64,000 bases of DNA from a virus (Duplodnaviria; Caudoviricetes), in IMG/VR virus record IMGVR_UViG_3300014202_000529, positions 1 through 64,000 of that record; one strand, written 5' to 3'. Below are positions 1-11,000 of this stretch, in pieces (position 1 is the first letter of the stretch; every line of letters begins with the position of its first letter). The translations under genes and the position numbers were made by a program. The notes beneath the pieces are model-generated. The model was not told the origin of the DNA, did no database searches, and was given only the letters and a program-made list of their open reading frames with translations.

Positions 1-1800
1 AAAGGTTATAAATGGTGTGTATCTGACCAAATCGGCATTACAAATAATACTGAATCTTGCTAAACATGGAACTGGGGGGACTGTGTTTTTCAAATCCACC
101 AAACTTGTTGTAATAAAAATACTCTGATTGTTTGGGGACCATGCGCGCCAGTCTTCATGAAATGACATCATCATGGTTCGATTGACCTGGGTGTATTCTT
201 TCAGTCTACTACTTCCATTGGTGCAAGCATAACTTACTAGTGCTTTTTTAGTATACCCTGACGGGAGAACCACTGCAGTATTGTTCGTCATCATGTGGGT
301 TCTAAAAAACAAATCACTAGTTCCCGTTCCAAGGCCACTGACCATATTTGCAGAAACCGTCCAGGCACCAGTGACAACATTAAAGGATCTTGAGTCACCA
401 AACCCAATATGAATATCTGTTTGAGAGGTTGGTTTGGGAACACTGTAACCTATCGATGCCATCCAAAATTGCTGGTTGGGTGGGAATACCGTTGGTGCAA
501 GGTTGCCCACAAAGGTCATGGAGTTAGAATCTGAAGTCAAAGATGTATTGATGGACCAATCACCATTCATGACGATATGATATCTGTCCCCTTGAGTTAA
601 AACCGCCTGTGTATCGAAGACATAGTGACCAGGATAGATGGCAGTTGACATCTCACTAAGGTTAAATGACCGACTAGTTGCAAGAACAACCCCACTAGCG
701 TTACCAGAACCATCATCCGGTTCAATGGTCATCCATACGTTACCACTGAATGATGTTGCACCAACAGTTGATGCTTGAATCATATCTACCGCTCTAAGTG
801 GACCAGTGACCCCAGGAACAAAACTTTGTGAGATTTTGGTGTTGTATCTTTCTAGTGGTGTGGTGATGAATGTATCACTGCGGCGCAAATACTGAACACG
901 CGATGCAGTTGATTGATATAACCATTCTTCCCCTACCATAGTTGGCCATGCTTGGTCAATTTCACGATTTACAGACCTATGAAGGAGTAAGGATTTGCTG
1001 TCGGTGTCTGGGTTGTAGATAGCATATACCTCATACCAGGAGTTGGCTGCAAGGGAGCTGTTTGTGTCACGCCCCCCAGCACCAGTGCTCATGAGATTGG
1101 CAGTTAGGTTTTCCCACCCAGTAACAAACTCCCCAGTTTCCATTTCTATTGCGTCTGCCACCTTTAAATGAACGGTGGTTTGTTTTCGATAAGGATGTTC
1201 ATGACTACCAATGAGCATTCCAAATGTGCTCTGATTTAATCTTGGTGAGTCTTTCCAAACTACTTTTTGTGGGGTAGAGTAATCGATGCTCAATACCTGA
1301 CCATCCGACCCAACAGGTAGGCGGACTGCAGTATTTGTGCTTACGCCGACTAATAAGTCCCCCTTCTCTAAAAATAAATTTGCGGTGGTGTCAAATCCAC
1401 TACCACCCGCAATAGATGAAATAGCATTGTCAACATACTCTTTATTCACCACACTTGAGTTTGATATTGGGGTGTTTGGGGTTACCCCATATACAATGGT
1501 TAGGTTTCCAATGTTTGAAATATCCAAAATGATATTGTTCCCAGTAACCGTATTTGCGGTGAGCACGTTGATGGAGGCATTCGAAACTATAGCGGTGTTG
1601 ATCATGCCAGTTTTCACATTAAGGGAGTCGAATTCATAGACGATATCATATTGTTCATTAGATGTATTATATTTTAATGTTCCCCCCCAATCGACGGTGT
1701 TAGCAACCACATCTACCTTAAAGCTTGTGTCTGACGGCACAGCGGGTACTGGTAAATTTGGTTGGGGGAGTTGTGGTGTAGGTATCCAAACAAACGACAT
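1..1800 (-). CDS. tail fibre-like protein, paralogue 4 (runs off window)
   Basis: Not in the ORF track. ATG at 1800 gives MSFVWIPTPQLPQ...; shares NKEYVD, GDLLVG, GAGGRD and WYEVYAI motifs with the three neighbouring paralogues. Confidence 0.7.
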   Translation of the reverse strand, partial: MSFVWIPTPQLPQPNLPVPAVPSDTSFKVDVVANTVDWGGTLKYNTSNEQYDIVYEFDSLNVKTGMINTAIVSNASINVLTANTVTGNNIILDISNIGNLTIVYGVTPNTPISNSSVVNKEYVDNAISSIAGGSGFDTTANLFLEKGDLLVGVSTNTAVRLPVGSDGQVLSIDYSTPQKVVWKDSPRLNQSTFGMLIGSHEHPYRKQTTVHLKVADAIEMETGEFVTGWENLTANLMSTGAGGRDTNSSLAANSWYEVYAIYNPDTDSKSLLLHRSVNREIDQAWPTMVGEEWLYQSTASRVQYLRRSDTFITTPLERYNTKISQSFVPGVTGPLRAVDMIQASTVGATSFSGNVWMTIEPDDGSGNASGVVLATSRSFNLSEMSTAIYPGHYVFDTQAVLTQGDRYHIVMNGDWSINTSLTSDSNSMTFVGNLAPTVFPPNQQFWMASIGYSVPKPTSQTDIHIGFGDSRSFNVVTGAWTVSANMVSGLGTGTSDLFFRTHMMTNNTAVVLPSGYTKKALVSYACTNGSSRLKEYTQVNRTMMMSFHEDWRAWSPNNQSIFITTSLVDLKNTVPPVPCLARFSIICNADLVRYTPFITF

Positions 1801-1808
1801 AATGCTCC

Positions 1809-3620
1809 TTAAAACTCAAAACTCACGATATAAGCTTTGCAATTATTTGCCTGTGTACGAATCATCATTGATTGATTGTCAATAACAATAGGTGGAAAAT
1901 ATTCAACCCTCTCTCCAGGACTAACCCCTGCAGATCCACCATAAGTATTTGAAGACACATATCCAGAACCGGTTGCAACCTGAGCGGGTAGATTAATTGC
2001 TTGTAGAGTTCCGATTGATAATGGGAGCGGTGGCGTTCCGGGTCTACGGTATATGTTATATATACCAATTCCTCTTCTTGGTGGTATGGTGGTGGTCAAA
2101 TCGGCAACTTCTGTGAATGCAGTTTCGGTTACATGAGAAACCCATTCTGCAGTCATTCCAGTTAATATTGTTCGATCCCTCTGGATGAAGTGTTTCAGTT
2201 TTCCCACCTGATCTACATATGCATACCCACAGAGACAAAATTCATCGTAACCGGACGGAAGAATAACTGCTGTAGATGGGATATTCTGAATAAATGCCTT
2301 AAACCAGAAAGATTGAACTCCACCAAAGTCTAGAGATAGCACCCAGGATGAGAAGTTAATTCTATATTCTGATGCATAACCGAGTGTATAGGTGTTGCTA
2401 GAGTGACCCCAAACAGATATATAGTTAGAATCACTTTGAGAATAATCTGCCTCAATGGTTAGATGATAGGACGTATTTGCAGCAATCGTTATGGGGTCAT
2501 TAAATACAAATCTCACTTTCGTTTTATCTGTTGGTACCTCTGATGCCAGCAAGAAGTTTGAGTTACTAAGTGGTGTTCCGCTAGGAAATGAGGATGAGTT
2601 TGCTTGTACGGTCGCCCACATCAACCCACTTGGTGTGCCCGTTCGACTAACTTCCAACTCAATAGATGTCAACAAACCAGTGTTTGGACTTTCAAACGAT
2701 TGCGCATAGATGCCTCTAGGGTCTGATACGGTTCGAATGGGTCTGGATGCATTAGTGTTTGGTAAAAACTGTGCATCTTTCACAATGTTTGTTGACTGGT
2801 GAAATATGAGATTTTTGTTGCCAGTGATGCTATCATGAATCGCATAAATTTCATACCACTGTGAGTTGCGCTTCACACCAGTATCCAACCCACCAGCACC
2901 AGAGCTATCGATATTACAAGAAAGGTTAGACCACCCATATGTCCTGGACCCAGAGTCCATTATGATTTCTGTTGCTCGCTCAAGCTGAACTATGGTGTTT
3001 TGTAATTTTTTATTCGGATGATTTCTGAGTGTTAACCCAGAAAATGATTGTGTTGCGGTTGTGAGAACTATAGATCTCCATCGCAATCCTGTTGATGTAG
3101 TTGAGTCTGCAATCAAGATCTGACCAGTGGTTCCTATGGGGTGTCTGGTTGCGGTATTCGGTCCAACTCCAACTAATAGATCTCCTGCGGCATCGATTAT
3201 GTTTTGGAGTTCACTCCCCCCACTTGGAACATTTGCCACACTGATATCGACATATTGTTTTGTTGCAATCTCTAAATTTGTTAATGGGTCATTGGTACCA
3301 TAGGAAACTTCTGCATAGATGGTGTTTGCTATGACGTTTTGGAATGTTGCATTAGAAATAAACGCATTGTCTATGTTGGCAGACCCACTAACCACTAAGG
3401 TATTGATGTGTGCGGTGTTGATTGTTAATGTGTGGACGTTGAGTGAATCCACTTGATAGATGATGTCATACTGTGAAGATGGGGTGTTATAGAGAAGACT
3501 TCCTCCAGCATTCACTAGATTCGCCACAACATCTACCTTATATGATATGGTAGATGGTCCAGGTACTTCTATTATTTGCGTTTGTGGGAGTTGGGGTTCA
3601 TTGACCCATACAAAAGGCAT
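1809..3620 (-). CDS. tail fibre-like protein, paralogue 3
   Basis: 603 aa with ATKQYVD, GDLLVG, GAGGLD and WYEIYAI motifs; lies downstream of the baseplate genes. Confidence 0.7.
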   Translation of the reverse strand: MPFVWVNEPQLPQTQIIEVPGPSTISYKVDVVANLVNAGGSLLYNTPSSQYDIIYQVDSLNVHTLTINTAHINTLVVSGSANIDNAFISNATFQNVIANTIYAEVSYGTNDPLTNLEIATKQYVDISVANVPSGGSELQNIIDAAGDLLVGVGPNTATRHPIGTTGQILIADSTTSTGLRWRSIVLTTATQSFSGLTLRNHPNKKLQNTIVQLERATEIIMDSGSRTYGWSNLSCNIDSSGAGGLDTGVKRNSQWYEIYAIHDSITGNKNLIFHQSTNIVKDAQFLPNTNASRPIRTVSDPRGIYAQSFESPNTGLLTSIELEVSRTGTPSGLMWATVQANSSSFPSGTPLSNSNFLLASEVPTDKTKVRFVFNDPITIAANTSYHLTIEADYSQSDSNYISVWGHSSNTYTLGYASEYRINFSSWVLSLDFGGVQSFWFKAFIQNIPSTAVILPSGYDEFCLCGYAYVDQVGKLKHFIQRDRTILTGMTAEWVSHVTETAFTEVADLTTTIPPRRGIGIYNIYRRPGTPPLPLSIGTLQAINLPAQVATGSGYVSSNTYGGSAGVSPGERVEYFPPIVIDNQSMMIRTQANNCKAYIVSFEF

Positions 3621-5549
3621 TTAAAACTCCACTGTGGAAACGTAAAAGGACATTGAGGTTGAGTGTATGTAGATGTTTGCACACTGCTCTTCTACGAAAA
3701 TGGGTCCAATAGCTGTTAGGAAGGTCCCACCCCCACCACCATTTGCTCGAACTGTTCCGTCTGATTCCATAAAGGAAAAGTTACCACCCATGCTCGCTTC
3801 AAATGATGTTGGGGGTCCGATTATGAATGGGCTCGCCTGGGTTCCGCCAGTATTCTCCTGAGCATTGAACATCACTGTGCATGGAATTGGGGGTACCCCG
3901 TAGATTATATCTATTGCATGAGAAATTTGTGATGTATTAACGGGAATCATACCAAATGGGAAATATGATGCTGAACTTGTCACTAAATCAAAAAACCTCC
4001 ATTGGATGTGAAAGGGAGCAGTTATTTTTCGATCCCTCTGTGAGTATTCTTTCAGTGAACCGAATATATCGGTAGCTGCATAGCTCACCAAGCACTTTTG
4101 TGTATAACCAGTTGGCATTGTTACTGGGGTATTATTTCCTTCAATAAACACCCGAATATATAAACTATTCGCCCCTGATGGTGTGGTTTGGGTTCCCAGT
4201 GCCCAATCACCAGTGCTTGCACGATACACCACGCAATTACCACCCTGCGGAAACCCTGTGCTAAGGATGCTACCTGGCAACATCATATAATTATCATTTG
4301 CGAAGCTACCCTGCGCATAATCATTATTAATGACCAATACATATCTACCATTTGACACCAAGTTTACACCATCCCTAAAAATAAAACGAGTTCTTACTCC
4401 TGAAGTACTTACATTTGCAATTTCAATTGCATGCCGAATGTCACTAGTACACAGAGTGATTGTGTTGGGGAAACCATTCGCTTCCTGTTCATGGAGAGTC
4501 AACCAACAAAACCCATCGGGAACACCACGGCGACGTATTAATATGTCGGCACTTCTAATTTTACCATCTACAGGTGAAGTGAACTGCTGACCGATCAGTG
4601 GTGTTACGTTGCCACTTGGACCGAGATAATATTCGGTGTTGAGAAATTGATAAACTTGTCCAAATTGTCCGGGTACCGATGTATTTGAACTGACATGGGG
4701 TCTGCTATCCAAAGACTTATGGAACATTAGTGCCCTATCATCGGTTACTGGGTTTCTGATTGCATATAGCTCATACCACGTATTGGATTCTGGGGACCCA
4801 ACATCAAGCCCACCAGCACCGGTTGTATTGATGTCCGCACTCATGATAGACCAGTTGTTTGTGATCGATCCGTCATCCATGACAATTTCTGCTGCTCGGT
4901 AGAGTGTGACAACAGAATTACATAGTGGATAATTTCTACTTGTACCTAGATGGAGATTTCTAAATGATGATCCTTGAGGGAAAATAGAGGACTTCCATTG
5001 GACCATTGTGTTTACTGAAGGAGTTACGGTTAATAAGTCTGTTGTGTTGGACCCTATTGCAACCCTATTTGCGGTGTTATCCGCAACACCAGCAAGAAGG
5101 TCCCCAGCTTGAAGAATGAGAAGCTGTAAATTTCCACCAATCGGGGATGAATTTGCAATGAGTTGATCAACATATTCTTTTGTTGCAAGATGTAAGTTGG
5201 CAGTGGGATATGTGTTTGAGAGTAGATATTGAACGTTTAAATTTGCAATATGAGCAGTATCTATTGCTGATGTGTTGATTGACGCATTGTTGAGCGACGC
5301 ATTGTTCGCAAATACGTTGTTGCCATTTAATTGTGTGATATTAAATTGGTCAACATTCAGAGAGTTGTATTGGCAAACTATGACATATTTGGTGTTTGGG
5401 GTAACATATTTGATGGTGCATGGTGGGGGTGGATGAACCTGGACAGAATTCGCCACCAACCCAACCTGAGTTGACACAGTGTTAGGACCATAGAATAGCG
5501 GCTCCACCTGGGGAGGGGTTTGTGGTTCATTGACCCATACAAATGGCAT
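3621..5549 (-). CDS. tail fibre-like protein, paralogue 2
   Basis: 642 aa; same MPFVWVNEPQ start and motif order as 1809..3620. Confidence 0.7.
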   Translation of the reverse strand: MPFVWVNEPQTPPQVEPLFYGPNTVSTQVGLVANSVQVHPPPPCTIKYVTPNTKYVIVCQYNSLNVDQFNITQLNGNNVFANNASLNNASINTSAIDTAHIANLNVQYLLSNTYPTANLHLATKEYVDQLIANSSPIGGNLQLLILQAGDLLAGVADNTANRVAIGSNTTDLLTVTPSVNTMVQWKSSIFPQGSSFRNLHLGTSRNYPLCNSVVTLYRAAEIVMDDGSITNNWSIMSADINTTGAGGLDVGSPESNTWYELYAIRNPVTDDRALMFHKSLDSRPHVSSNTSVPGQFGQVYQFLNTEYYLGPSGNVTPLIGQQFTSPVDGKIRSADILIRRRGVPDGFCWLTLHEQEANGFPNTITLCTSDIRHAIEIANVSTSGVRTRFIFRDGVNLVSNGRYVLVINNDYAQGSFANDNYMMLPGSILSTGFPQGGNCVVYRASTGDWALGTQTTPSGANSLYIRVFIEGNNTPVTMPTGYTQKCLVSYAATDIFGSLKEYSQRDRKITAPFHIQWRFFDLVTSSASYFPFGMIPVNTSQISHAIDIIYGVPPIPCTVMFNAQENTGGTQASPFIIGPPTSFEASMGGNFSFMESDGTVRANGGGGGTFLTAIGPIFVEEQCANIYIHSTSMSFYVSTVEF

Positions 5550-5556
5550 AATAAAC

Positions 5557-5564
5557 TATTTAGA
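5557..5564 (-). promoter_or_regulatory. T4-type late promoter variant (TCTAAATA)
   Basis: Intergenic, just upstream of the ATG at 5549. Confidence 0.55.
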
Positions 5565-5569
5565 TTCAC

Positions 5570-7834
5570 CTAGAATGTAAAGTAGCGAACGTAGAACTTG
5601 TAGTTTGTGCTTGAACGAATTGTACAGGCTTGTGGGTGCTGAAAGACAAATGGTGTCACTGAGTATATACCGATACCAGGCACATATCCAAGACCTTCTA
5701 CTGCAGAATTTGGAACGTCTATAGCATTCAACGAACCCAATCCGAAAAACTGACCAGTTTGGCTCATGTAAATTCCAGCTTCAACGGGAACTGGGGGTAG
5801 AGCTGTTCTGAAATCACCAACTTCCACTGCTGTTCCTAGTGTGGTGAATCCCAACCATTGTGCACTATATGGGCAAGCAACGGTTCTGTCTTTTTGGAAG
5901 AACTCTCTAATTCCACTATTTTGATCGGTTGCAAAATACCCCAATAAACATTTCTGATCGTATCCAGTTGGCATGGTTACAGGAATGTTGTTGGCTTCAA
6001 TGTAAGCTTTATAAATGAAGGTTCCAACACCAGGGGTAAGGTTGACCCATGCAGAACCGTTGTACCCTTTTGGAACACCTGGGTTGACACCACCAGCACC
6101 ATTTGCCGCTTGTGTTGAGAAGCTTACGTTCATGAATGCGGTTGCACTAGCAGTATAATCTGAGTTAAAGACCCAGAAATACGAGGTTCCGGCGACCACT
6201 GCGGCGGCATTATCGAATGCGAAACGAATAGGATAATGGGTTGTCAATACTGCACGTGTGGTATCATATTTTCTGCTTGTTGCCAATGGAGTTCCGCTTG
6301 GGTCTCCTGCGGTGTTTGCCTCCAAGGTCAACCACATATTTCCCGATGGAGTGGAAGTCTTAAACGCTCTAATTTCTACACTGGTTAAGTTACCAGACAC
6401 ATTGGGGGTGAAACTCATAGCGACTCTTACGTTAGGATTGACTGTTGTATTTGCGCCAATACTACCGTAGGTACCAGTTGCCCACTGTACTCCATTTGCT
6501 GTGTTTTGATCTGGGTTGCGATCTACTGCTCTATGGATAATGAAATTTTTGGTTCCGGTTGATCGTTGTCTGATGCTATACACTTCATACCATGTGTTCG
6601 CATTTGCTGTTCCACCATCTAATCCGCCCGCACCTGTCGAATGGAGGTTGATTGTGGCAGGGAGAGTCCATCCAGTTACAACTTCACCATCATCCATGAC
6701 CACTTCGTTTAGGGTGTATACGATTATTTGTGATGCATTCACATTACGATCTACCTGAGAAGAGGACATGGTAAGACCGCTAAACTTACTTTTAATTCTC
6801 TCAGCATAACGAATGCTAGTTGCTTGATTGGTATCTACGATCAGAACTTGCCCGTTTGACCCAGAAGTCTGTGCGCTGAAGGTATTTGCTCCAGTTCCAA
6901 CGAGTATATCACCCTTAGCGGTAAAGGATGCCAAGCTAACTAAGTTTCCACCCGCACCATTGTCAACGTACTGCTTGGTTGCAATACCAAGATCAACGGT
7001 TGGGTCTGCTGCCATCGTACCTGTGGTGAGATTAGCAACGGAAGCATTAATCTGTGTGACAGTTAAATTAGTAATGGTTGCATTTGTAGCACTCAATGTT
7101 CCTATTGATGCAACAGTTGCGTTAGCTGACGATGTATTGACGGTTGGGAATGTTGCTGTAGTGATATTTGCAGAAGAAACGTTTAGAGTTCCAACGGTCA
7201 ATGATGTAACATTGCCGACCGAAATATTTGCGGTACCAACAGTTTGCCTGGTGATGTTTCCGCTGCTGAGGTTTAATAGACCAACGTTAGCATTAGTGGT
7301 TGTCGTTAGAGTTGCGATAACTGTAATAGCTTGAAATGTGCCAGTGACGAGAGCATCGGTGATATTTGCAAATGATGTGTTTAATGTCGAAACGGTTAAC
7401 TCAGTAACATCTAAGGTATCCAATGACAGAGAACCGATGTTGGCGGTTTCTGCATCAAATGCAACAGCGTTGATTCTTTCTGCTTGAAGAAGAGTGACAT
7501 TAGCATTGGTGGTGGTGACTAGGGTAGAGATGATGTTTCCGATGGTTGCTCCGCCCACGTTTGCCACAGTGACATTTGCTGTAGAGATATTTGCGGTTCC
7601 TACAGTTAACCCTGTGATATTTGCTGTGGAAGAGTTGAGAACTGAAACGTTCCCTGTGGACACTAGTGCTGTCCCGGTAACATTGACACCAACACCAGCA
7701 TTGGTGAACGTCCAAGTAGATCCAGTTTGAGACTGTGGACCATCTGTGAGGTTATTGGACACAGCAACAAGGGCTGAAACGGTAGTAATTAACTGACCAA
7801 ATGTATTGGATGAGGAAATTTGATTGATAGACAT
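5570..7834 (-). CDS. tail fibre-like protein, paralogue 1
   Basis: 754 aa; N-terminal (T/S)AN(I/V)T low-complexity repeats followed by the shared ATKQYVD/GAGGLD/WYEVY module. Confidence 0.7.
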   Translation of the reverse strand: MSINQISSSNTFGQLITTVSALVAVSNNLTDGPQSQTGSTWTFTNAGVGVNVTGTALVSTGNVSVLNSSTANITGLTVGTANISTANVTVANVGGATIGNIISTLVTTTNANVTLLQAERINAVAFDAETANIGSLSLDTLDVTELTVSTLNTSFANITDALVTGTFQAITVIATLTTTTNANVGLLNLSSGNITRQTVGTANISVGNVTSLTVGTLNVSSANITTATFPTVNTSSANATVASIGTLSATNATITNLTVTQINASVANLTTGTMAADPTVDLGIATKQYVDNGAGGNLVSLASFTAKGDILVGTGANTFSAQTSGSNGQVLIVDTNQATSIRYAERIKSKFSGLTMSSSQVDRNVNASQIIVYTLNEVVMDDGEVVTGWTLPATINLHSTGAGGLDGGTANANTWYEVYSIRQRSTGTKNFIIHRAVDRNPDQNTANGVQWATGTYGSIGANTTVNPNVRVAMSFTPNVSGNLTSVEIRAFKTSTPSGNMWLTLEANTAGDPSGTPLATSRKYDTTRAVLTTHYPIRFAFDNAAAVVAGTSYFWVFNSDYTASATAFMNVSFSTQAANGAGGVNPGVPKGYNGSAWVNLTPGVGTFIYKAYIEANNIPVTMPTGYDQKCLLGYFATDQNSGIREFFQKDRTVACPYSAQWLGFTTLGTAVEVGDFRTALPPVPVEAGIYMSQTGQFFGLGSLNAIDVPNSAVEGLGYVPGIGIYSVTPFVFQHPQACTIRSSTNYKFYVRYFTF

Positions 7835-8082
7835 TAATTACCCTTTATCGACGCTAAATCACTAATGATTTTGCGTAGTTGTACCATTTCTGTTTCTAGG
7901 TGTGATAGTCTGGCTCTGGTGTCCTCGACTTCCCTTTTCTGGCTGAGTAGTTTCTTTCTGGTTTCTTTATATTTCTTTAGACCATGTTGATCCACATTTA
8001 ACACTGCATTGGTCCTCATGTCCCTGACGAGTTCGGGGGAATTTTCAACCTTTACTGTATTTAGAATTTGTCCGATACCCAT
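7834..8082 (-). CDS. small coiled-coil protein
   Basis: 82 aa, tightly coupled to neighbours; resembles the small gene following the large structural gene in T4-like phages. Confidence 0.65.
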   Translation of the reverse strand: MGIGQILNTVKVENSPELVRDMRTNAVLNVDQHGLKKYKETRKKLLSQKREVEDTRARLSHLETEMVQLRKIISDLASIKGN

Positions 8083-8091
8083 AATGTCATC

Positions 8092-11000
8092 CTATGAAAG
8101 TGATGGTAGAGCAATAACACGGAAATCTCTGATTCTAGGAACGCGAGTAGTATCCGTTGTTGTCATGACAATCTTGATTGCAAAAGTCTTGAATGATGTA
8201 AACGATCCATACTGAACGCGATCATCAGCGATGTTATCAGATCCAGGAGCAAATACAAATTCCCCGAAATCGTTCTGGTTTAGAGATACGTTGTTTGACC
8301 CTTTGATTGCAGTCATAAGCTTGTAGCTCTTGCTGTCAAAGGTATCTGGGTCATCTGCAGAAAGAATCTTGTAATAGACGTAAATGTTTGCAACGGATGG
8401 TTTGTACGCTGCAAAATGAACTCTAAAGTCCCCCGCGTCCATTCCGTCTGCTAGGGTAACCTGTCTAGTTATATATCGAGCATTTGCAGGACCACCAGAA
8501 GGCTGATCTTCGCCAGAGATACTAATGGTTGCAGTGAGTGATGTATTTCCTGAAATGACTACATTAGGCGTTCCAGTGTATCCGCTACCAGCAAGGTCTA
8601 CAACAAGATTTGCTAGTACGCTGTTGTTTGAATCTATTTGGTTGTTTGAAATGTAAGCGTTTGCTCCTGATCCACCCCCGCCAGAGATAGAGACTGATAG
8701 GTTAGCTGCAGTGGTCCAGTTTTGACTGCTGCTCGTTACAACCAATGACGCATTGGATAGTGGTAGATTGTTGCATAGGTTTTCAATTGCCAATACTGAT
8801 AACCTATCGATATCAACGACTGGTGAAATATCAGAGTTAGTAGAGGTTAAGAATATTCTCAATTTGAATGATGCCACTGAACTGGTTGCGACACGTCTAC
8901 CCAAAGTATCATCAAAATAGACGTTTTCTTGTAGTTCAATGGTTTTGTTCTGCTCTTTTACTCCAGAAGCTAATGTTGTTGCTGCTGCGGCTGCAATTAC
9001 CGTATTAGGTAGCAAGAGGTTTCCTGCAGTAACATAGAATGTGTCAATGGGCACATTGCTACTGATCCCGTTTGAAGCGGACAATTGGAATTCAATATTA
9101 GAAAACACAGAGCTGTCAAAACTTGCCCTCATGAACCTGAAGGTCAAATCTTCTTCTTGGATTGGGTTCCAAGTTGTTGAGTTCTGTGATTTAAAGAAGA
9201 CTCCCAAATATGGCTGTGAAGAAATGAGTCTGTCTGTTCCTAGGATATTGTTACCCATATGGGAGATGTAGACTTCATACTTAACTGAGTTTGCCATGAG
9301 AACGATGCAGTATTCAGCACCCTGTTGGAGATACACAGGTCCAGTGAATCGAGCTTCTGTGTAGAGTGTTGCGTCATCCAATGGGTTCAATCCTGCGGCA
9401 TAGACTGCTGCAAGAGCGTCCTCGGAGACAACATTACAATCCTCTGCGTTAAGGATGATATCAGATCCAGGGATAACTTCTGATGAATGTGGGAATCCGT
9501 TTACCACTGGTCTCAATTGAACTTGTAGAGGAATGTTGGGGTCAACACTCTTGATCAACAAACGAACCGATGTTAGCATGATTCCTGATGGGAAAAGTCC
9601 CTGATCAACCAAGAAGGTTTGTGCTAGTGGGTCCCAATATCCAATTCTGCGGCGACCAATAACCGAATCTGTAACTGTAGTTGTGGTTACGGTTCTTGCG
9701 TCATTGATCTCAGTTCTCTGGATGGTTGGAACTCTGGTTGAGATTGTCGTATTCTCTTGTGTCTGCAGCATACCCTGAGCGACGTACTTAACTGTTCCGT
9801 TTGTACCAGACCCTTCAATTATTCCATTGATAGAATCGACAAGAGTGAATGGTCTTTCACCCGTTCTGAAGCTCAATGCGTTGCTTGAAGGAATAACGAA
9901 TATTCCAGAAATTTCACCGCGATAGTCGGTCCTCAATGCACCAATTGAGTATGAGGTTTGAGTGTTTGGTGTGACGGACAGAGCTGGGCTGAACGACACA
10001 TTCCTTGTGACGTAATCATATGCAGTGATTGTGGATTCTTGTCCCAATCCCTGGCCGGATGTGAAGTAAATCTTCTGACCAACCAAAGTGGTATTCGAGA
10101 TACCAACGTTGGAGTTCGCAATGTCATGCTGCAGAAGAATACTTGTTGTATTTGGGTTCTCGACAAATCCAGAATTATGGTAGTAACCTGATATTCTGGC
10201 ATTTGCTCCACTGGTCTCTCCAATCAAGAATGTAGAGTTGGTGCTATGGACGATGTATGAATTTGCAACGTTTCCATCATCACCACCTTCTAGACTGACG
10301 ATGCTAACATTGGTGTGACCGTCCTCATTTCGGCTGGTTACGACCAATGCAAATGCGCTATTCTCTCCGCGAGCAGGATCATATACGCGCACCACTTCGC
10401 TGTCCTGATAATCGTCTTTGTAGGTGATAGTTGGGTTATTGACCTTAACAACGTTTGGTCTGTTGCAGTATTGTGTAACTGGGGTCTCGTCAAAGAATGC
10501 ATACATTGTTGTGTTTGGTGCAAATACTTTACCAATAAACAAGACACCGCGAGACCTTATTGTTGGAACGATTGAGACATCAACGACCCTGTTGCCGATT
10601 GATTGTGTGATGGTCTGTGGTACGAATGATGTCTGCACACCAGTTCGAACCTGCTGTTGTGTCAACTCTGTAGTTGTTCGACCAACCACATTACCATAGA
10701 CGTTGACAAGGTGTCCGGTGTGACCTAGGTACCCTCTCCATTTTGGGTTAATAACCTGTGTGGATTGTGCGGTTACCCCTGCCCAGCTTGTCTGCCATGA
10801 ATTCCAGACAGTACCAAAGACACTGTTTGGGTCATTCTCTGCATTTTGTTCAACAGCGCGGGTAATAGCATCCCATGCGTCATTATCACCTTCCAGGTTA
10901 ACATGGACATCAGGTAGCTGGTTAGTGTCAATCCATGTGTCAGAAGATGGGTCAAGCTTGATGTTTCCGATGAATGCAACAGTGTTGAATGGGTTGACAT

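Noticed and set aside
1-7834. Diversity-generating retroelement acting on fibre genes
   Set aside because: No reverse transcriptase in the window and no adenine-specific template/variable repeat pair noticed.
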